64,000 bases of DNA, from positions 47,830 to 111,829 of the forward strand of contig JAZLBQ010000004.1 in NCBI GenBank assembly GCA_045613785.1, read 5' to 3'. The stretch's first letter is position 1, and every line of letters starts with the position of its first letter. Source of the stretch: Candidatus Enterousia sp. Its GTDB lineage: Bacteria > Pseudomonadota > Alphaproteobacteria > Rs-D84. Below the pieces are notes generated by a model that worked only from the letters and a program-made list of their open reading frames with translations, was not told the DNA's origin and did not search any database. Below, piece by piece: positions 8,107 to 18,133 of this stretch. Position numbers and translations under genes: made by a program.

Positions 8107-11100
8107 ATGCTGAAATTTTTCGTTCGCCGACCAATTACCACACTGATGTTTGTTTTAGTGTGGGTTGTATTGGGGTTGGTTTCATTTCCGAATATGAACA
8201 TTGAACGCACGCCTGCGGTTGATTTTCCGATGGTAACTGCGACCTTTGTTTATCCTGGTGCAACACCTGCAGAAATTGAATCTCAGATTATTAAACGTGC
8301 CGAAGACGCAATGTCAGAAGTGTCAGAATTAAAGAAAATAACATCTCAGGCTTATGAAAACAGTGGTTATGTTATGGCTGAATTTAACCTAGGTGTTGAC
8401 GTAAATGACAAGGCGACAGAAATCAAAACAAAACTAGATTCACTGATATCCGAATTTCCCGAGGATATGAATCAGCCTGTTGTCGAGAAGTTAAATCCAT
8501 TGCAGCAGTCTGTTGTAGATATTGTTTTGCACGGTGCAGACGCACGTGATTTGGAAGAGTATGTTGATAATTTCCTTTCTACAAAAATTACATCAATCAG
8601 TGGTGTTTCCAGTGTGTCGATTTTTGGTGGTCGTGAACGTGCAATTCGTATTGCGATGAATCCGGATTTGATGGCTGCAAACGGTGTAACGATAATGGAC
8701 GTAGTCTCTGCACTGGGGTCGCATAACTTGAACGTTCCTGGGGGTAAAATTGAGACAACAGCAAATTCATCAAACGTCCGTTTTGTAGGTGAATTTGCAT
8801 CGGTTGAAGAAATTGCAAATCTGCGTTTAACAACTGTTGAAGGTAACAAGTTCAAATTATCTGACATTGCCCAGATTTCTGATGCTGCCCGTGATATTGA
8901 AAACGGTGCACGTTATAATGGTGAATCTGTTGTAATTGCATCTGTGGTCAAGGCGTCAGATGGAAATGCAATAAATATATCACGTGCCTTGCACGAACGT
9001 CTGCCTCAGTTGCAATCGGATTTGGAATCACGTTTTCCGGGTGCACAGATGCAGATTGTTTCAGACTCGTCAATAACGATTGCAGATGAAACAGACAGCA
9101 CAATCAATGGTATTGTTCTGGGGGTTGTTTTAACTATTTTGGTTTTGTTAGCGTTTACTCGTAATTGGCGTTCAACGGTTATCGCAGGTGTAGTGATTCC
9201 TGCGTCATTGCTGGCTGGATTCTTCTTTATGGACAAAGATGGCTTTACAATCAATGCTATGACCTTGCTGGCATATTCTTCGGCACTGGGGACGTTGGTA
9301 TCGAATGCGATTATTTTGATTGAATCTGCCTTGCAAGAAATGCGTTCTGGCAAAAATTCCGAAGATGCCGCCATTGACGGAACTAAAAAAGTTGCCGTTT
9401 CTGTTTTGGCAGGTGTTGGCACAAACGTCGTAGTGTTCTTGCCGTTGGCGTTTATGGGCGGTATTGTTGGTCAGTTCATGGTTCAGTTTGGTATGACCGT
9501 TGTTTACTTGACATTGTTATCGTTGATGTTCTCGTTTACATTGACTCCGATGATGATTGCCAAGTTCCTGCGTCTAGGCAATCACGGCCAGGCCAAAAAA
9601 GAAAAACAAACATATCCAAAGCCGACCAGCACAGGTTGGTTGCGTCGTTGCTATGATTATCAGGCATCGCATCCGTGGCGTGTATTAGGGATAGTGTTTG
9701 TGATATTTATTTCATCTACGATGTTGATGAAGTTTGTTGGAAATGAGTTTCAGCCATCAACTGATGCGAACGAAATAACAATCACAGCACGTGCACCGAT
9801 GGGGGCGACATTTGAAAAGTCTGAATCAATTGCCGTTGATATAGAACAGGCCTTGACCCAGTTCCCAGAGGTTAAATCAACAACAGTAAAAATCGGCGAA
9901 CGTGGTCTTCAGAATATAACTGTGACTGTTGAATTAGTCGATGCATCTGAACGTAAATTATCAGACAAGATTTTAGCACAAAAAATCCTACCGGCGATTG
10001 CGAATATTCCAGATGCAGAAATTCAAATCCGGGCAGGCGAAGCAATGTCATCTGGTGTTTCATCGGATTTGGTTTTAAATGTGTTTGGTGAAGATGATGC
10101 GACTCGTGAAGCGTATGCGGACAGAATTATTGAAATTGTAAACCGTATTCCCGAAGTTCAGTCTGCTGTTCGTGCTCAGCAAGCACCTGCCATGGAAACA
10201 CAGTTTATTCCAGACCAAGACAAGATGAATTTCTGGGGTGTTCAAAATTCCTATGCAGGAACGACCTTGCGAACAGCACTTTACGGTAATGACGAATTCA
10301 AATACAAAGAATCCGGCGAAGAATACCCAATCATCTTGGAATTCGCCAAGCCCTTCAAAAATGCATCTTTGTTTGATACGGTCTATGTAAATTCGCAAAA
10401 AGGTATGGTGCCACTGTCGTCCTTAGGAACGGTCAAGACAGAACCAGGCACACCTGATATCCGCCGTGAAGACAAAAACAGATACACCGAAATTGATATC
10501 AATATTGGAAAATCAACAATGGGGCCAGTCCAGGCAAAGATTCAATCTGAATTAAATAAAATTGATTGGCAAGCCGGCTATTTTACCAAGTTTGGTGGTA
10601 TGTCTGATACCCAGGCAGAATCTGCCAGTGAAATTGGTCGTGCCTTCTTGTTGGCGACAATCTTGACCTTTATGTTGTTGGCTGCGATATTGAATTCATT
10701 AGTTCATCCGTTTACGATTGCCACGTCGATTTTGACCAGTTTCACAGGCGTATTCGTTATGATGTTCTTGTCCGGGGCGACAATGAACGTTGGTGCGATG
10801 TTGGCGTTTGTTATGTTGGTTGGTTTGGTGGTAAATAACAATATTTTGGTTTTAGAGCCAACTATTGTCCGAATTTCTCAGGGACAAGACGCAAAAACAG
10901 CCTTGTGGGCAGAATTGACCGACAAACGCAATATGGTATTGATGACATCGATTGCCGTTATTGCTGGTATGGTTCCACAGTTATGGTCTATTGACGGTAT
11001 GAAGGTCGCAATGGGTGCTGTTATGATTGGTGGTATGTTGGCCAGTCTGATATTTACCTTTACACTGACGCCGGCTTTATTCTTGCTTATGGAGCGTTTA

Positions 11101-11130
11101 CGCACATGGCGAACACGGCTGAAAAAATAA
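8107..11130 (+). CDS. RND efflux transporter permease (AcrB/HAE1-like), 1007 aa
   Basis: Twelve transmembrane segments and two large periplasmic loops. Typical RND motifs, such as the LSLMFSFTLTP region. Confidence 0.95.
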   Translation: MLKFFVRRPITTLMFVLVWVVLGLVSFPNMNIERTPAVDFPMVTATFVYPGATPAEIESQIIKRAEDAMSEVSELKKITSQAYENSGYVMAEFNLGVDVNDKATEIKTKLDSLISEFPEDMNQPVVEKLNPLQQSVVDIVLHGADARDLEEYVDNFLSTKITSISGVSSVSIFGGRERAIRIAMNPDLMAANGVTIMDVVSALGSHNLNVPGGKIETTANSSNVRFVGEFASVEEIANLRLTTVEGNKFKLSDIAQISDAARDIENGARYNGESVVIASVVKASDGNAINISRALHERLPQLQSDLESRFPGAQMQIVSDSSITIADETDSTINGIVLGVVLTILVLLAFTRNWRSTVIAGVVIPASLLAGFFFMDKDGFTINAMTLLAYSSALGTLVSNAIILIESALQEMRSGKNSEDAAIDGTKKVAVSVLAGVGTNVVVFLPLAFMGGIVGQFMVQFGMTVVYLTLLSLMFSFTLTPMMIAKFLRLGNHGQAKKEKQTYPKPTSTGWLRRCYDYQASHPWRVLGIVFVIFISSTMLMKFVGNEFQPSTDANEITITARAPMGATFEKSESIAVDIEQALTQFPEVKSTTVKIGERGLQNITVTVELVDASERKLSDKILAQKILPAIANIPDAEIQIRAGEAMSSGVSSDLVLNVFGEDDATREAYADRIIEIVNRIPEVQSAVRAQQAPAMETQFIPDQDKMNFWGVQNSYAGTTLRTALYGNDEFKYKESGEEYPIILEFAKPFKNASLFDTVYVNSQKGMVPLSSLGTVKTEPGTPDIRREDKNRYTEIDINIGKSTMGPVQAKIQSELNKIDWQAGYFTKFGGMSDTQAESASEIGRAFLLATILTFMLLAAILNSLVHPFTIATSILTSFTGVFVMMFLSGATMNVGAMLAFVMLVGLVVNNNILVLEPTIVRISQGQDAKTALWAELTDKRNMVLMTSIAVIAGMVPQLWSIDGMKVAMGAVMIGGMLASLIFTFTLTPALFLLMERLRTWRTRLKK

Positions 11131-11133
11131 GCA

Positions 11134-11161
11134 CCGCCCCCATTATGGGGGCTTTTTTTTA
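11134..11161 (+). terminator. Rho-independent terminator after the RND operon
   Basis: GCCCCCATTATGGGGGC hairpin followed by TTTTTTTT. Confidence 0.65.
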
Positions 11162-11166
11162 ATAAC

Positions 11167-11194
11167 TTGCAATGGTGTAAATATGGTTTATAAT
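11167..11194 (+). promoter_or_regulatory. Candidate pnp promoter TTGCAA-16-TATAAT with a leader of about 100 nt
   Basis: -35 at 11167-11172 and -10 at 11189-11194. PNPase genes typically carry long, structured, autoregulated leaders. Confidence 0.4.
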
Positions 11195-11285
11195 TGCCAT
11201 GGCGAAGACTAAATTGTTCCTTTGTGTGTTTATCACAGAATGCACAAAAGAATGATTTTTCTTCGCAAAATCAGAACTAAATAAA

Positions 11286-13466
11286 ATGGAGAAAAAAATG
11301 GTATTTGGTTTATTCAAGAAAGACGAAAAAGTCCAATTAAACAACCCAGTTGCTGTTGAAATTCCATACGGCAATACAACATTGCGTCTGGAAACGGGTC
11401 GTATGGCGAAACAGGCGAATGGTTCAGTTTTGGCGACCATGGGTGAAACAATGGTTTTGGCAACTGTTTGTGCGGAAAAGTCTGCCGTCGAAGGGCAAGA
11501 TTTCTTTCCATTGACTGTTGACTACCAAGAAAAATTTGCATCTGCTGGTCGTATTCCAGGTTCACGTGATAGACGTGAAGGCAAAGCATCAACTGCTGAA
11601 ACATTGACAGCACGTTTGATTGATCGCCCAATCCGTCCTTTGTTCCCAGAAACATTCAAGAACAAAGTTCAGATTATTGCCCAGGTGTTTTCTTATGACA
11701 AAGTCAATCAGCCTGACATTTTGGCAATGATTGCATCATCTGCTGCATTGGCTTTAAGTGGCGTTCCTTTCCAGGGGCCAATTGGTGCTGCTCGTGTTGG
11801 CTATGCAGACGGTGAATACATTTTGAATCCTTCTAAAAAACAGGTCGAAGATTCAGAAATGGATTTGGTTGTTGCTGCAACAAACAACGGCGTTTTGATG
11901 GTAGAATCTGAAATTGGCGAACTGGACGAAAAGACAGTTCTGGGTGCAGTTAAATTTGGTTTTGATGCACAACAGGCCGTTATCAACGCAATCAACGAAT
12001 TGGCTGCCAAGGCTGGCAAAGAACGTTGGGCAACACCTGAAAAAACACCAGAACAGATTTTGATGGAATCTGATTTTGAACAGTTTGCACCTGCAATCGA
12101 AGCGGCTTTGCAAATCAAAGAAAAATTGGTTCGTTTGGAAACATTGTCAGACATTCATGCCCAGGCAAAAGCACGTATTCCAGAATTGTTCCCAGAAACA
12201 GAACGTGCCACATCTACGTTGGAATCATGGGCTGATGAAGTTATTGAAAATTTAACAGCACGTATTATGCGTGGCAACATCTTGGCTGGCAAACCACGTA
12301 TTGACGGCCGTGATAACAAGACAGTTCGTCCAATTGAAATTGAATTGGGTGTTCTGCCACGTGCACACGGTTCAGCATTGTTTACCCGTGGTGAAACCCA
12401 GGCTTTGGTATCATTGACATTGGGTGGTGGCAAAGACGCATTGCCAATTGAATCATTAGATGGTGCCGAAGAACGTGATTTCATCTTGAACTATAACTTC
12501 CCAGGTTATTCTGTTGGTGAATGCAAAGGTTTGAAATCTCCGGGTCGTCGTGAAATTGGTCACGGAAACTTGGCATGGCGTGCAGTTCATCCAATGGTTC
12601 CAACCCGCAGCGAATTTGATTATGTAATCCGTATTGTATCGGATATTTTGGAATCAAACGGTTCTTCATCAATGGCGACAACATGTGGTGCGACATTGGC
12701 GATGATGGACGGTGGTGTTCCAATGAAACGTCCGGTTGCAGGTATTGCAATGGGCTTGATTAAAGAAGGTGATGATTACGCTATCTTGACTGACATCTTG
12801 GGTGACGAAGATCACTTGGGTGATATGGACTTCAAGGTAACAGGAACAGACCAGGGTATCACAGCCTTGCAGATGGATATTAAAATCACATCTATCACAT
12901 TTGAAATTATGGAACATGCATTGGCTCAGGCCAAAGATGGTCGTATGCACATCTTGGGCAAGATTGAAAAGGCAATCAAAAAGCCACGCTGCAATGTTTC
13001 AGAATATGCTCCACAGGCATATACAATGAAAATCAACCCAGACAAAGTTCGTGAAGTAATCGGCAAGGGCGGTTCTGTAATTCAGGCTCTGGTTCGTGAA
13101 ACTAACACGATTATTGACTTGGAAGACGATGGATCAATTAAAATTATGGCAACAACCAAAGAAGATGCAGACGAAGCAATCCGTCGCATCAAAGACATTG
13201 TTGCAGAACCAGAAGTTGGCCAGATTTACAAAGGAACAGTTTCTGGTATGAAAGACTTTGGTCTGTTTGTTAAAATTATGAACGGATTCGAAGCAATGGT
13301 TCATATTTCTGAAATCACCGGCGAACGTATTGCAAAAATCGAAGATACAAAAATCAAAGAAGGTGATACAGTTTACGTTCGTTATCTGGGTGCTGACAAA
13401 CGTGGCAAAACACGTATGTCAATGGTTGGTATCGACCAGAAAACTGGTGAAGAAATCAAGAAATAA
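11286..13466 (+). CDS. pnp: Polynucleotide phosphorylase
   Basis: Two RNase PH domains plus KH and S1 domains (GKGGSVIQ, S1 at the C-terminus). An alternative start is the ATG at 11298 (MVFGLF), which has a GGAG RBS 6 nt upstream. Confidence 0.95.
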   Translation: MEKKMVFGLFKKDEKVQLNNPVAVEIPYGNTTLRLETGRMAKQANGSVLATMGETMVLATVCAEKSAVEGQDFFPLTVDYQEKFASAGRIPGSRDRREGKASTAETLTARLIDRPIRPLFPETFKNKVQIIAQVFSYDKVNQPDILAMIASSAALALSGVPFQGPIGAARVGYADGEYILNPSKKQVEDSEMDLVVAATNNGVLMVESEIGELDEKTVLGAVKFGFDAQQAVINAINELAAKAGKERWATPEKTPEQILMESDFEQFAPAIEAALQIKEKLVRLETLSDIHAQAKARIPELFPETERATSTLESWADEVIENLTARIMRGNILAGKPRIDGRDNKTVRPIEIELGVLPRAHGSALFTRGETQALVSLTLGGGKDALPIESLDGAEERDFILNYNFPGYSVGECKGLKSPGRREIGHGNLAWRAVHPMVPTRSEFDYVIRIVSDILESNGSSSMATTCGATLAMMDGGVPMKRPVAGIAMGLIKEGDDYAILTDILGDEDHLGDMDFKVTGTDQGITALQMDIKITSITFEIMEHALAQAKDGRMHILGKIEKAIKKPRCNVSEYAPQAYTMKINPDKVREVIGKGGSVIQALVRETNTIIDLEDDGSIKIMATTKEDADEAIRRIKDIVAEPEVGQIYKGTVSGMKDFGLFVKIMNGFEAMVHISEITGERIAKIEDTKIKEGDTVYVRYLGADKRGKTRMSMVGIDQKTGEEIKK

Positions 13467-13480
13467 GGACTGTAATTGAT

Positions 13481-13840
13481 ATGAAACCTGAACAGTTGAA
13501 TTGGTCGGACTTTAAATGGGCGGTGCATCTGGATTGCAAAGCCCACAAAGTTCCAGCAATCAAGAAATTTGTAACAGAAAACTATTTTCCATGTATCGTA
13601 AAAAACAAGGAAACAGGTAAATACGCTTTTCAGCTGTCCAGATTGGACAAAGCGCCGTCTGGGGCAGAACGTGTGTTGCCGATGATGACTGGAAAAACCG
13701 AGTTTGCAACAGAAGCAGAAGCAATCACAAACGCAAACGAAGTAATCATTCCAGACTTGGAATTTAGTCCGATTTTTGCGTGGACAAATGAAATTCCACG
13801 CCGTGCAATTCAAATGTTGCACATTGAAAAACAAAAATAA
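13481..13840 (+). CDS. Hypothetical protein, 119 aa
   Basis: ORF that fills the pnp-ybaB intergenic space. No recognisable motifs. Confidence 0.45.
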   Translation: MKPEQLNWSDFKWAVHLDCKAHKVPAIKKFVTENYFPCIVKNKETGKYAFQLSRLDKAPSGAERVLPMMTGKTEFATEAEAITNANEVIIPDLEFSPIFAWTNEIPRRAIQMLHIEKQK

Positions 13841-13858
13841 ATAACAGGGAGAGATTAA

Positions 13859-14155
13859 ATGGATATGGAAGCATTAATGGCTCAGGCTGCTGAATTACAG
13901 GCCAAGGTTGCCAATGCCCAGGAACAACTGGCAAAAACAACGGTCAAGGGTATTGCTGACGGTGGTGCATGCATCATCGATATGACTGGGAAATACGATA
14001 TGGTAAAATTGACAATCCGTCCAGACGTTTTATCTGGTGGTGCGGCGGCTGTTGAACAGGCTGTTATGGCTGCCTACCTTGACGCCAAGGAAAAGGCTGA
14101 TACAATAATCGACCAGGTTATGGGTGCGGCGACTGCTGGTGTTCCAATGCCATAA
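13859..14155 (+). CDS. ybaB: Nucleoid-associated protein YbaB/EbfC
   Basis: 98 aa. Typical YbaB sequence (MAQAAELQAKVANAQEQLAKTTVKG...). GGGAGAG RBS. Confidence 0.85.
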   Translation: MDMEALMAQAAELQAKVANAQEQLAKTTVKGIADGGACIIDMTGKYDMVKLTIRPDVLSGGAAAVEQAVMAAYLDAKEKADTIIDQVMGAATAGVPMP

Positions 14156-14169
14156 TGTATAAAATCGAT

Positions 14170-14204
14170 AAAAAAGAAATCCCCGATTTGGGGATTTTTT
14201 TATT
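14170..14204. terminator. Bidirectional terminator between ybaB (+) and the RNHCP gene (-)
   Basis: AAATCCCCGATTTGGGGATTT hairpin flanked by A-runs and T-runs. Confidence 0.55.
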
Positions 14205-14514
14205 TTCCAAAAATAAAAGATTTGTTTTGTGAAATCTCAATAATTGCATCAATGTTGTCGTTTTCTGCGGTTCGTTGGCGTTTAGTTTTTCCACAAACCT
14301 CACAAACGTGTGTTATTATAAATCTGTCGCCGTCTGGGCTAACAGAAACGGGCTTCATCATTCCGCCACATGTTGCCGCCCGATCGCCTGGATTGTTGTC
14401 AACGTGTTTTGACCACAGACAATTTGGACAATGGTTTGTATATCCGTTTCCACGAACAACTGCACCACAATGGGTGCAGTTAAAATCTTCGACTGTTTTT
14501 GTAAAGCCTTTCAT
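14200..14514 (-). CDS. RNHCP-domain zinc-ribbon protein, 104 aa
   Basis: Motif YTNHCPNC plus further CxxC pairs (CTHCG, CEVCG). Confidence 0.65.
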   Translation of the reverse strand: MKGFTKTVEDFNCTHCGAVVRGNGYTNHCPNCLWSKHVDNNPGDRAATCGGMMKPVSVSPDGDRFIITHVCEVCGKTKRQRTAENDNIDAIIEISQNKSFIFGK

Positions 14515-14762
14515 TATATCCCCAATGCATTACGATACATTTGTGTCAGTTCGTCGGCTTCGTCAATTTCATCTGGATCCAGTTTACGCAGACGAATCAT
14601 CTGGCGGATATATTTTGGGTCATAACCTGCAGATTTAGCCTCGGAATAAATTTCTTTGATGTCTGCTGCAATGGCGGCAGTTTCTTCATTTAACTTTTCA
14701 ATACGTTCAATAATACTCAACAACTGCTGGTTATCAAAAGCACCGTGATTTGCTTGTTTCAT
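14514..14762 (-). CDS. DUF2312 / GapR-like nucleoid-associated protein (alphaproteobacteria-specific family)
   Basis: 82 aa. KSAGYDPKYIRQMIRLRKLDPDEIDEADELTQMYRNALGI matches the conserved C-terminus of GapR-type proteins. Overlaps the downstream RNHCP gene by 1 nt. Confidence 0.75.
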   Translation of the reverse strand: MKQANHGAFDNQQLLSIIERIEKLNEETAAIAADIKEIYSEAKSAGYDPKYIRQMIRLRKLDPDEIDEADELTQMYRNALGI

Positions 14763-14858
14763 TTCTGTTTTCCCCTTGTTTATTTATAAAAGTTATGATA
14801 TATCATAAATCACAAAAATCAAGAAAAACAAAAATACGAAAAACACAAGGGATGTCAA

Positions 14859-16229
14859 ATGAACAAGTTTACCAAAATTACCGCATCAATTGGTCCAAAA
14901 TGCGAAGACCGTGAAACACTAACCCGTATGATTCAGGCTGGGGTAAATATGTGCCGTATGAATTTTAGTCATGACACAGGCGATGTCCAGGGACGTAAAA
15001 TAGATATGATTCGTGAAATATCAGCACAGTTAAATACACCTGTTGCAGTAATGATTGACTTGCAAGGGCCAAAACATCGCATTGGGAACTTTGCAACCGA
15101 AGATAAATATCCACTGGAAATCGGTCAGAAGTTTACATTTGACACAGATCAGACACCTGGCGATTCAACCCGTGTTCAGTTGCCAGATGCTGATGTCTTG
15201 GAGTCATTAAAGGTTGGTGATAGAATTCTGTTGAATGACGGTAAAATAGAAATGCGTGTTGATTTTGCATCTGCGACCCGTGTTGATGCAACTGTTATTC
15301 GTGGCACAGAAATTTGGTCACGTCGTGGTTTTAATTTGCCAGACACAGAAATCAACACATCTGTTTTGACAGCCAAGGATCGCAAAGACTTGGAATATGC
15401 GATTACCAAGAAACCAGATTGGGTTGCAATATCATTTGTGCAACGTCCAGAAGACATTGCCGAAGTTCGTGATTTTATCACCGAACGCACATCGCACCCA
15501 ATTAAAATTATTGCTAAAATCGAACGTCCAAATGCAGTTGAACGCATAACAGATATTGCGGCCATTGCAGACGGTATTATGATTGCACGAGGCGACTTGG
15601 CAGTTGAAGTTCCATATGCGTCTGTTCCTGCGATTTCACGTCATATTATTCGTGAATGTCGCAAAATGAACAAGCCTGTTATTGTTGCGACACAAATGTT
15701 GGGTTCAATGGTAAACAGTGAATTTCCAACCCGTGCTGAAATCACAGACGTTGCAAACACAGCATACTTGCGTGCGGATTCAACAATGACGTCCGAAGAA
15801 ACAACAATCGGTATGAATCCTGTAAATGTTATTGAAACAATGTATAATATTTTGGCAAATGCAGACAGTGATGCGATTGCAAATCCATTTGATTGGTCAC
15901 GTGTTGAAAATGTTCCAGAAAATGACTGGTCACGTTCTGTTGCGTCAATGGCGTATTTGAACCGTGCGTCTGCAATTGTTGTGTTTGCTCGTGATACGAT
16001 TACAGCGACTGAAATTTCTTGTCGTAAACCAGATATCCCAGTTATTGCGGTATGCAATGAATCTGTAATTGCGAACCAGTTGTGTTTAGCACGTGGTGTA
16101 TTCCCAATTTATGACAACGAATTGTTTGGGATGCGTGATGCGTTTAATGCGGCTCGTCGCTTTAACATAAATAATGGCAAGATAGTTATTGTGGACGAAG
16201 ACAAGATTAGCCTTCGCACATTGGACTAA
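14859..16229 (+). CDS. pyk: Pyruvate kinase
   Basis: 456 aa. N-terminal TKITASIGPKCEDRETLTRMIQAGVNMCRMNFSHD and MIARGDLAVE motifs. Confidence 0.92.
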   Translation: MNKFTKITASIGPKCEDRETLTRMIQAGVNMCRMNFSHDTGDVQGRKIDMIREISAQLNTPVAVMIDLQGPKHRIGNFATEDKYPLEIGQKFTFDTDQTPGDSTRVQLPDADVLESLKVGDRILLNDGKIEMRVDFASATRVDATVIRGTEIWSRRGFNLPDTEINTSVLTAKDRKDLEYAITKKPDWVAISFVQRPEDIAEVRDFITERTSHPIKIIAKIERPNAVERITDIAAIADGIMIARGDLAVEVPYASVPAISRHIIRECRKMNKPVIVATQMLGSMVNSEFPTRAEITDVANTAYLRADSTMTSEETTIGMNPVNVIETMYNILANADSDAIANPFDWSRVENVPENDWSRSVASMAYLNRASAIVVFARDTITATEISCRKPDIPVIAVCNESVIANQLCLARGVFPIYDNELFGMRDAFNAARRFNINNGKIVIVDEDKISLRTLD

Positions 16230-16260
16230 AAAACAATCCCCCGCTTTGGGGGATTTTTAA
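16229..16260 (+). terminator. Rho-independent terminator after pyk
   Basis: ATCCCCCGCTTTGGGGGAT hairpin plus TTTTT. Confidence 0.6.
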
Positions 16261-16300
16261 TTATTGACCCACATACAATTTTTTTACTAACATTTATTGT

Positions 16301-17518
16301 ATGAGAAGAATGTTCCCACTTTTTTTTGCATTGTTTTTTTGTGCAACTGCTAACGCAGCACAGTATCGTGCAGCATTGGTTGCAGATATGGACACAGGTC
16401 GTGTTTTATACCAAGAAAACGCAAATGAATTAAATTATCCAGCAAGTTTAACAAAAATAATGACATTGTATTTAACGTTTGATGCGCTGGAACATGGTCG
16501 TCTGGCATTAGACGATTATCTGATTGTATCACAGTCTGCCGCAAATGCAGAGCCTGTAAAACTAGGGCTTGCAGCTGGCTCTAAAATTCGGGTCGAAGAT
16601 GCGATAAAGGCATTGGCTGTTTACAGTGCAAATGACGTTGCACGTGTGTTGGCAGAAAATCTAAAAGGTGGTCAAGAAGAATCCTTTGCAGACTTGATGA
16701 CCCGTGTCGCACGTGAAATAGGACTGACGAATACGAATTTTGAAAATTCATCTGGTTTGCCAAATGATGACCATTTATCAACGGCACGTGATATTGCGCT
16801 GCTGTCAATGGCGGTATATAAACACTTTCCACAGTATTGGCACTTTTTTGGGATAAAGTCTTGGACATATAACGGTAAAACATATACAAATGGAAATCGC
16901 CTGTTGACGTCTTTTAATGGTTGCGATGGTATGAAGACTGGTTATACAAAGAAATCTAAATATTCACTTGTTGCGACTGCACATCGTAATGGTTCGCATT
17001 TGATGTCTGTGGTGTTGGGGGCAGAAAACAAAGACGTTCGTGCCAATGTCGCAGCCCAAATGTTAAATCGTGGTTTTACAATGTTGGGAAATGGTTCGCA
17101 GCCAATTGTCAAGAATACACCTGTTGCACCTGTGCAGACGTCGCATCAAACTCAGCCTGCACCGCAACCGTCATATAATCAGCCGGCGTATAATCAAACA
17201 GCGGCAAATCCAACAACATTTGCAGGTGCGTATAATTCTGCAACTGCAAACGCAATGCCAAAATATTCAGGTGCTGCAATAACCCAGACTGCAACATCGG
17301 CGGGTGGAACAGGTGTTCAGTTTGGTGCATTTTCATCTGAATCAGCGGCTCGTTCTCAGGTTGCAAATGTCAAAAATAAATTGGGTGCAACCGCAGTTGT
17401 TGAACCAACAGGCACTGGGCTTTACCGTGTGCGTGTCTATGGTTTGTCTGAATCTGCAGCCCAGAACTTAAAATCGTCTGCAACTGCAAACGGTATTGAC
17501 AGTTATGTTTTTCACTAG
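16301..17518 (+). CDS. D-alanyl-D-alanine carboxypeptidase (PBP5/6 family) fused to a C-terminal SPOR domain
   Basis: Signal peptide. SXXK (SLTKIMT), SGL-N and KTG motifs. A low-complexity P/Q/A linker. C-terminal SPOR-like segment (VQFGAFSSESAARSQVANV...GLYRVRVYGLSESAAQNL...DSYVF). Confidence 0.85.
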   Translation: MRRMFPLFFALFFCATANAAQYRAALVADMDTGRVLYQENANELNYPASLTKIMTLYLTFDALEHGRLALDDYLIVSQSAANAEPVKLGLAAGSKIRVEDAIKALAVYSANDVARVLAENLKGGQEESFADLMTRVAREIGLTNTNFENSSGLPNDDHLSTARDIALLSMAVYKHFPQYWHFFGIKSWTYNGKTYTNGNRLLTSFNGCDGMKTGYTKKSKYSLVATAHRNGSHLMSVVLGAENKDVRANVAAQMLNRGFTMLGNGSQPIVKNTPVAPVQTSHQTQPAPQPSYNQPAYNQTAANPTTFAGAYNSATANAMPKYSGAAITQTATSAGGTGVQFGAFSSESAARSQVANVKNKLGATAVVEPTGTGLYRVRVYGLSESAAQNLKSSATANGIDSYVFH

Positions 17519-17533
17519 TATTTTATATACGCT

Positions 17534-18133
17534 ATGAATCCAAAAATTGAAAAGTTGATAAAACTGTTCGCAAAATTACCACGTGTTGGCACACGTGGTG
17601 GTCAGCGTATTGCCCTTTGTTTATTACAAGATAAAACAGGTCGTGCAAATGCACTGGCATCAGCAATAATTGATGCTTCTGAAAATATTGCACCGTGTCC
17701 ACGTTGTGGTGTTTTAACTGATCGTGGGGCAGGGGTGTGTGAATACTGTCGTGATGCATCTCGTGCAAATGGTCAGTTGTGTATTGTTCGTGACCTGGCT
17801 GATGTTTGGACACTGGAAAAATCATCTGTGTTTCACGGTCGGTATCATATTATTGGTGGTTTGTTGTCTGGGGCGTCTGGCGTTTTGCCCCAAGATTTGA
17901 ATATCAACACTTTGACGGGGCGTATTAGCGATGAAAAAATCACAGAAGTTATATTTGCTCTGCCGAACACGGTCGAAGGTAAAACGACCCAGCATTACAT
18001 AATATCGGTTATTGGTGAAACAGACGGTGTTTCGTATTCAGAACTTGCCTCTGGCGTGCCATTGGGCGGTGATTTAGATTATTTAGACGAAGGAACGTTG
18101 ACATTAGCGTTTGGGGGGCGTAAATCATTATGA
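17534..18133 (+). CDS. recR: Recombination protein RecR
   Basis: C4 zinc finger (CPRCGVLTD...CEYC), Toprim domain and the typical RecR N-terminus. Confidence 0.9.
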   Translation: MNPKIEKLIKLFAKLPRVGTRGGQRIALCLLQDKTGRANALASAIIDASENIAPCPRCGVLTDRGAGVCEYCRDASRANGQLCIVRDLADVWTLEKSSVFHGRYHIIGGLLSGASGVLPQDLNINTLTGRISDEKITEVIFALPNTVEGKTTQHYIISVIGETDGVSYSELASGVPLGGDLDYLDEGTLTLAFGGRKSL

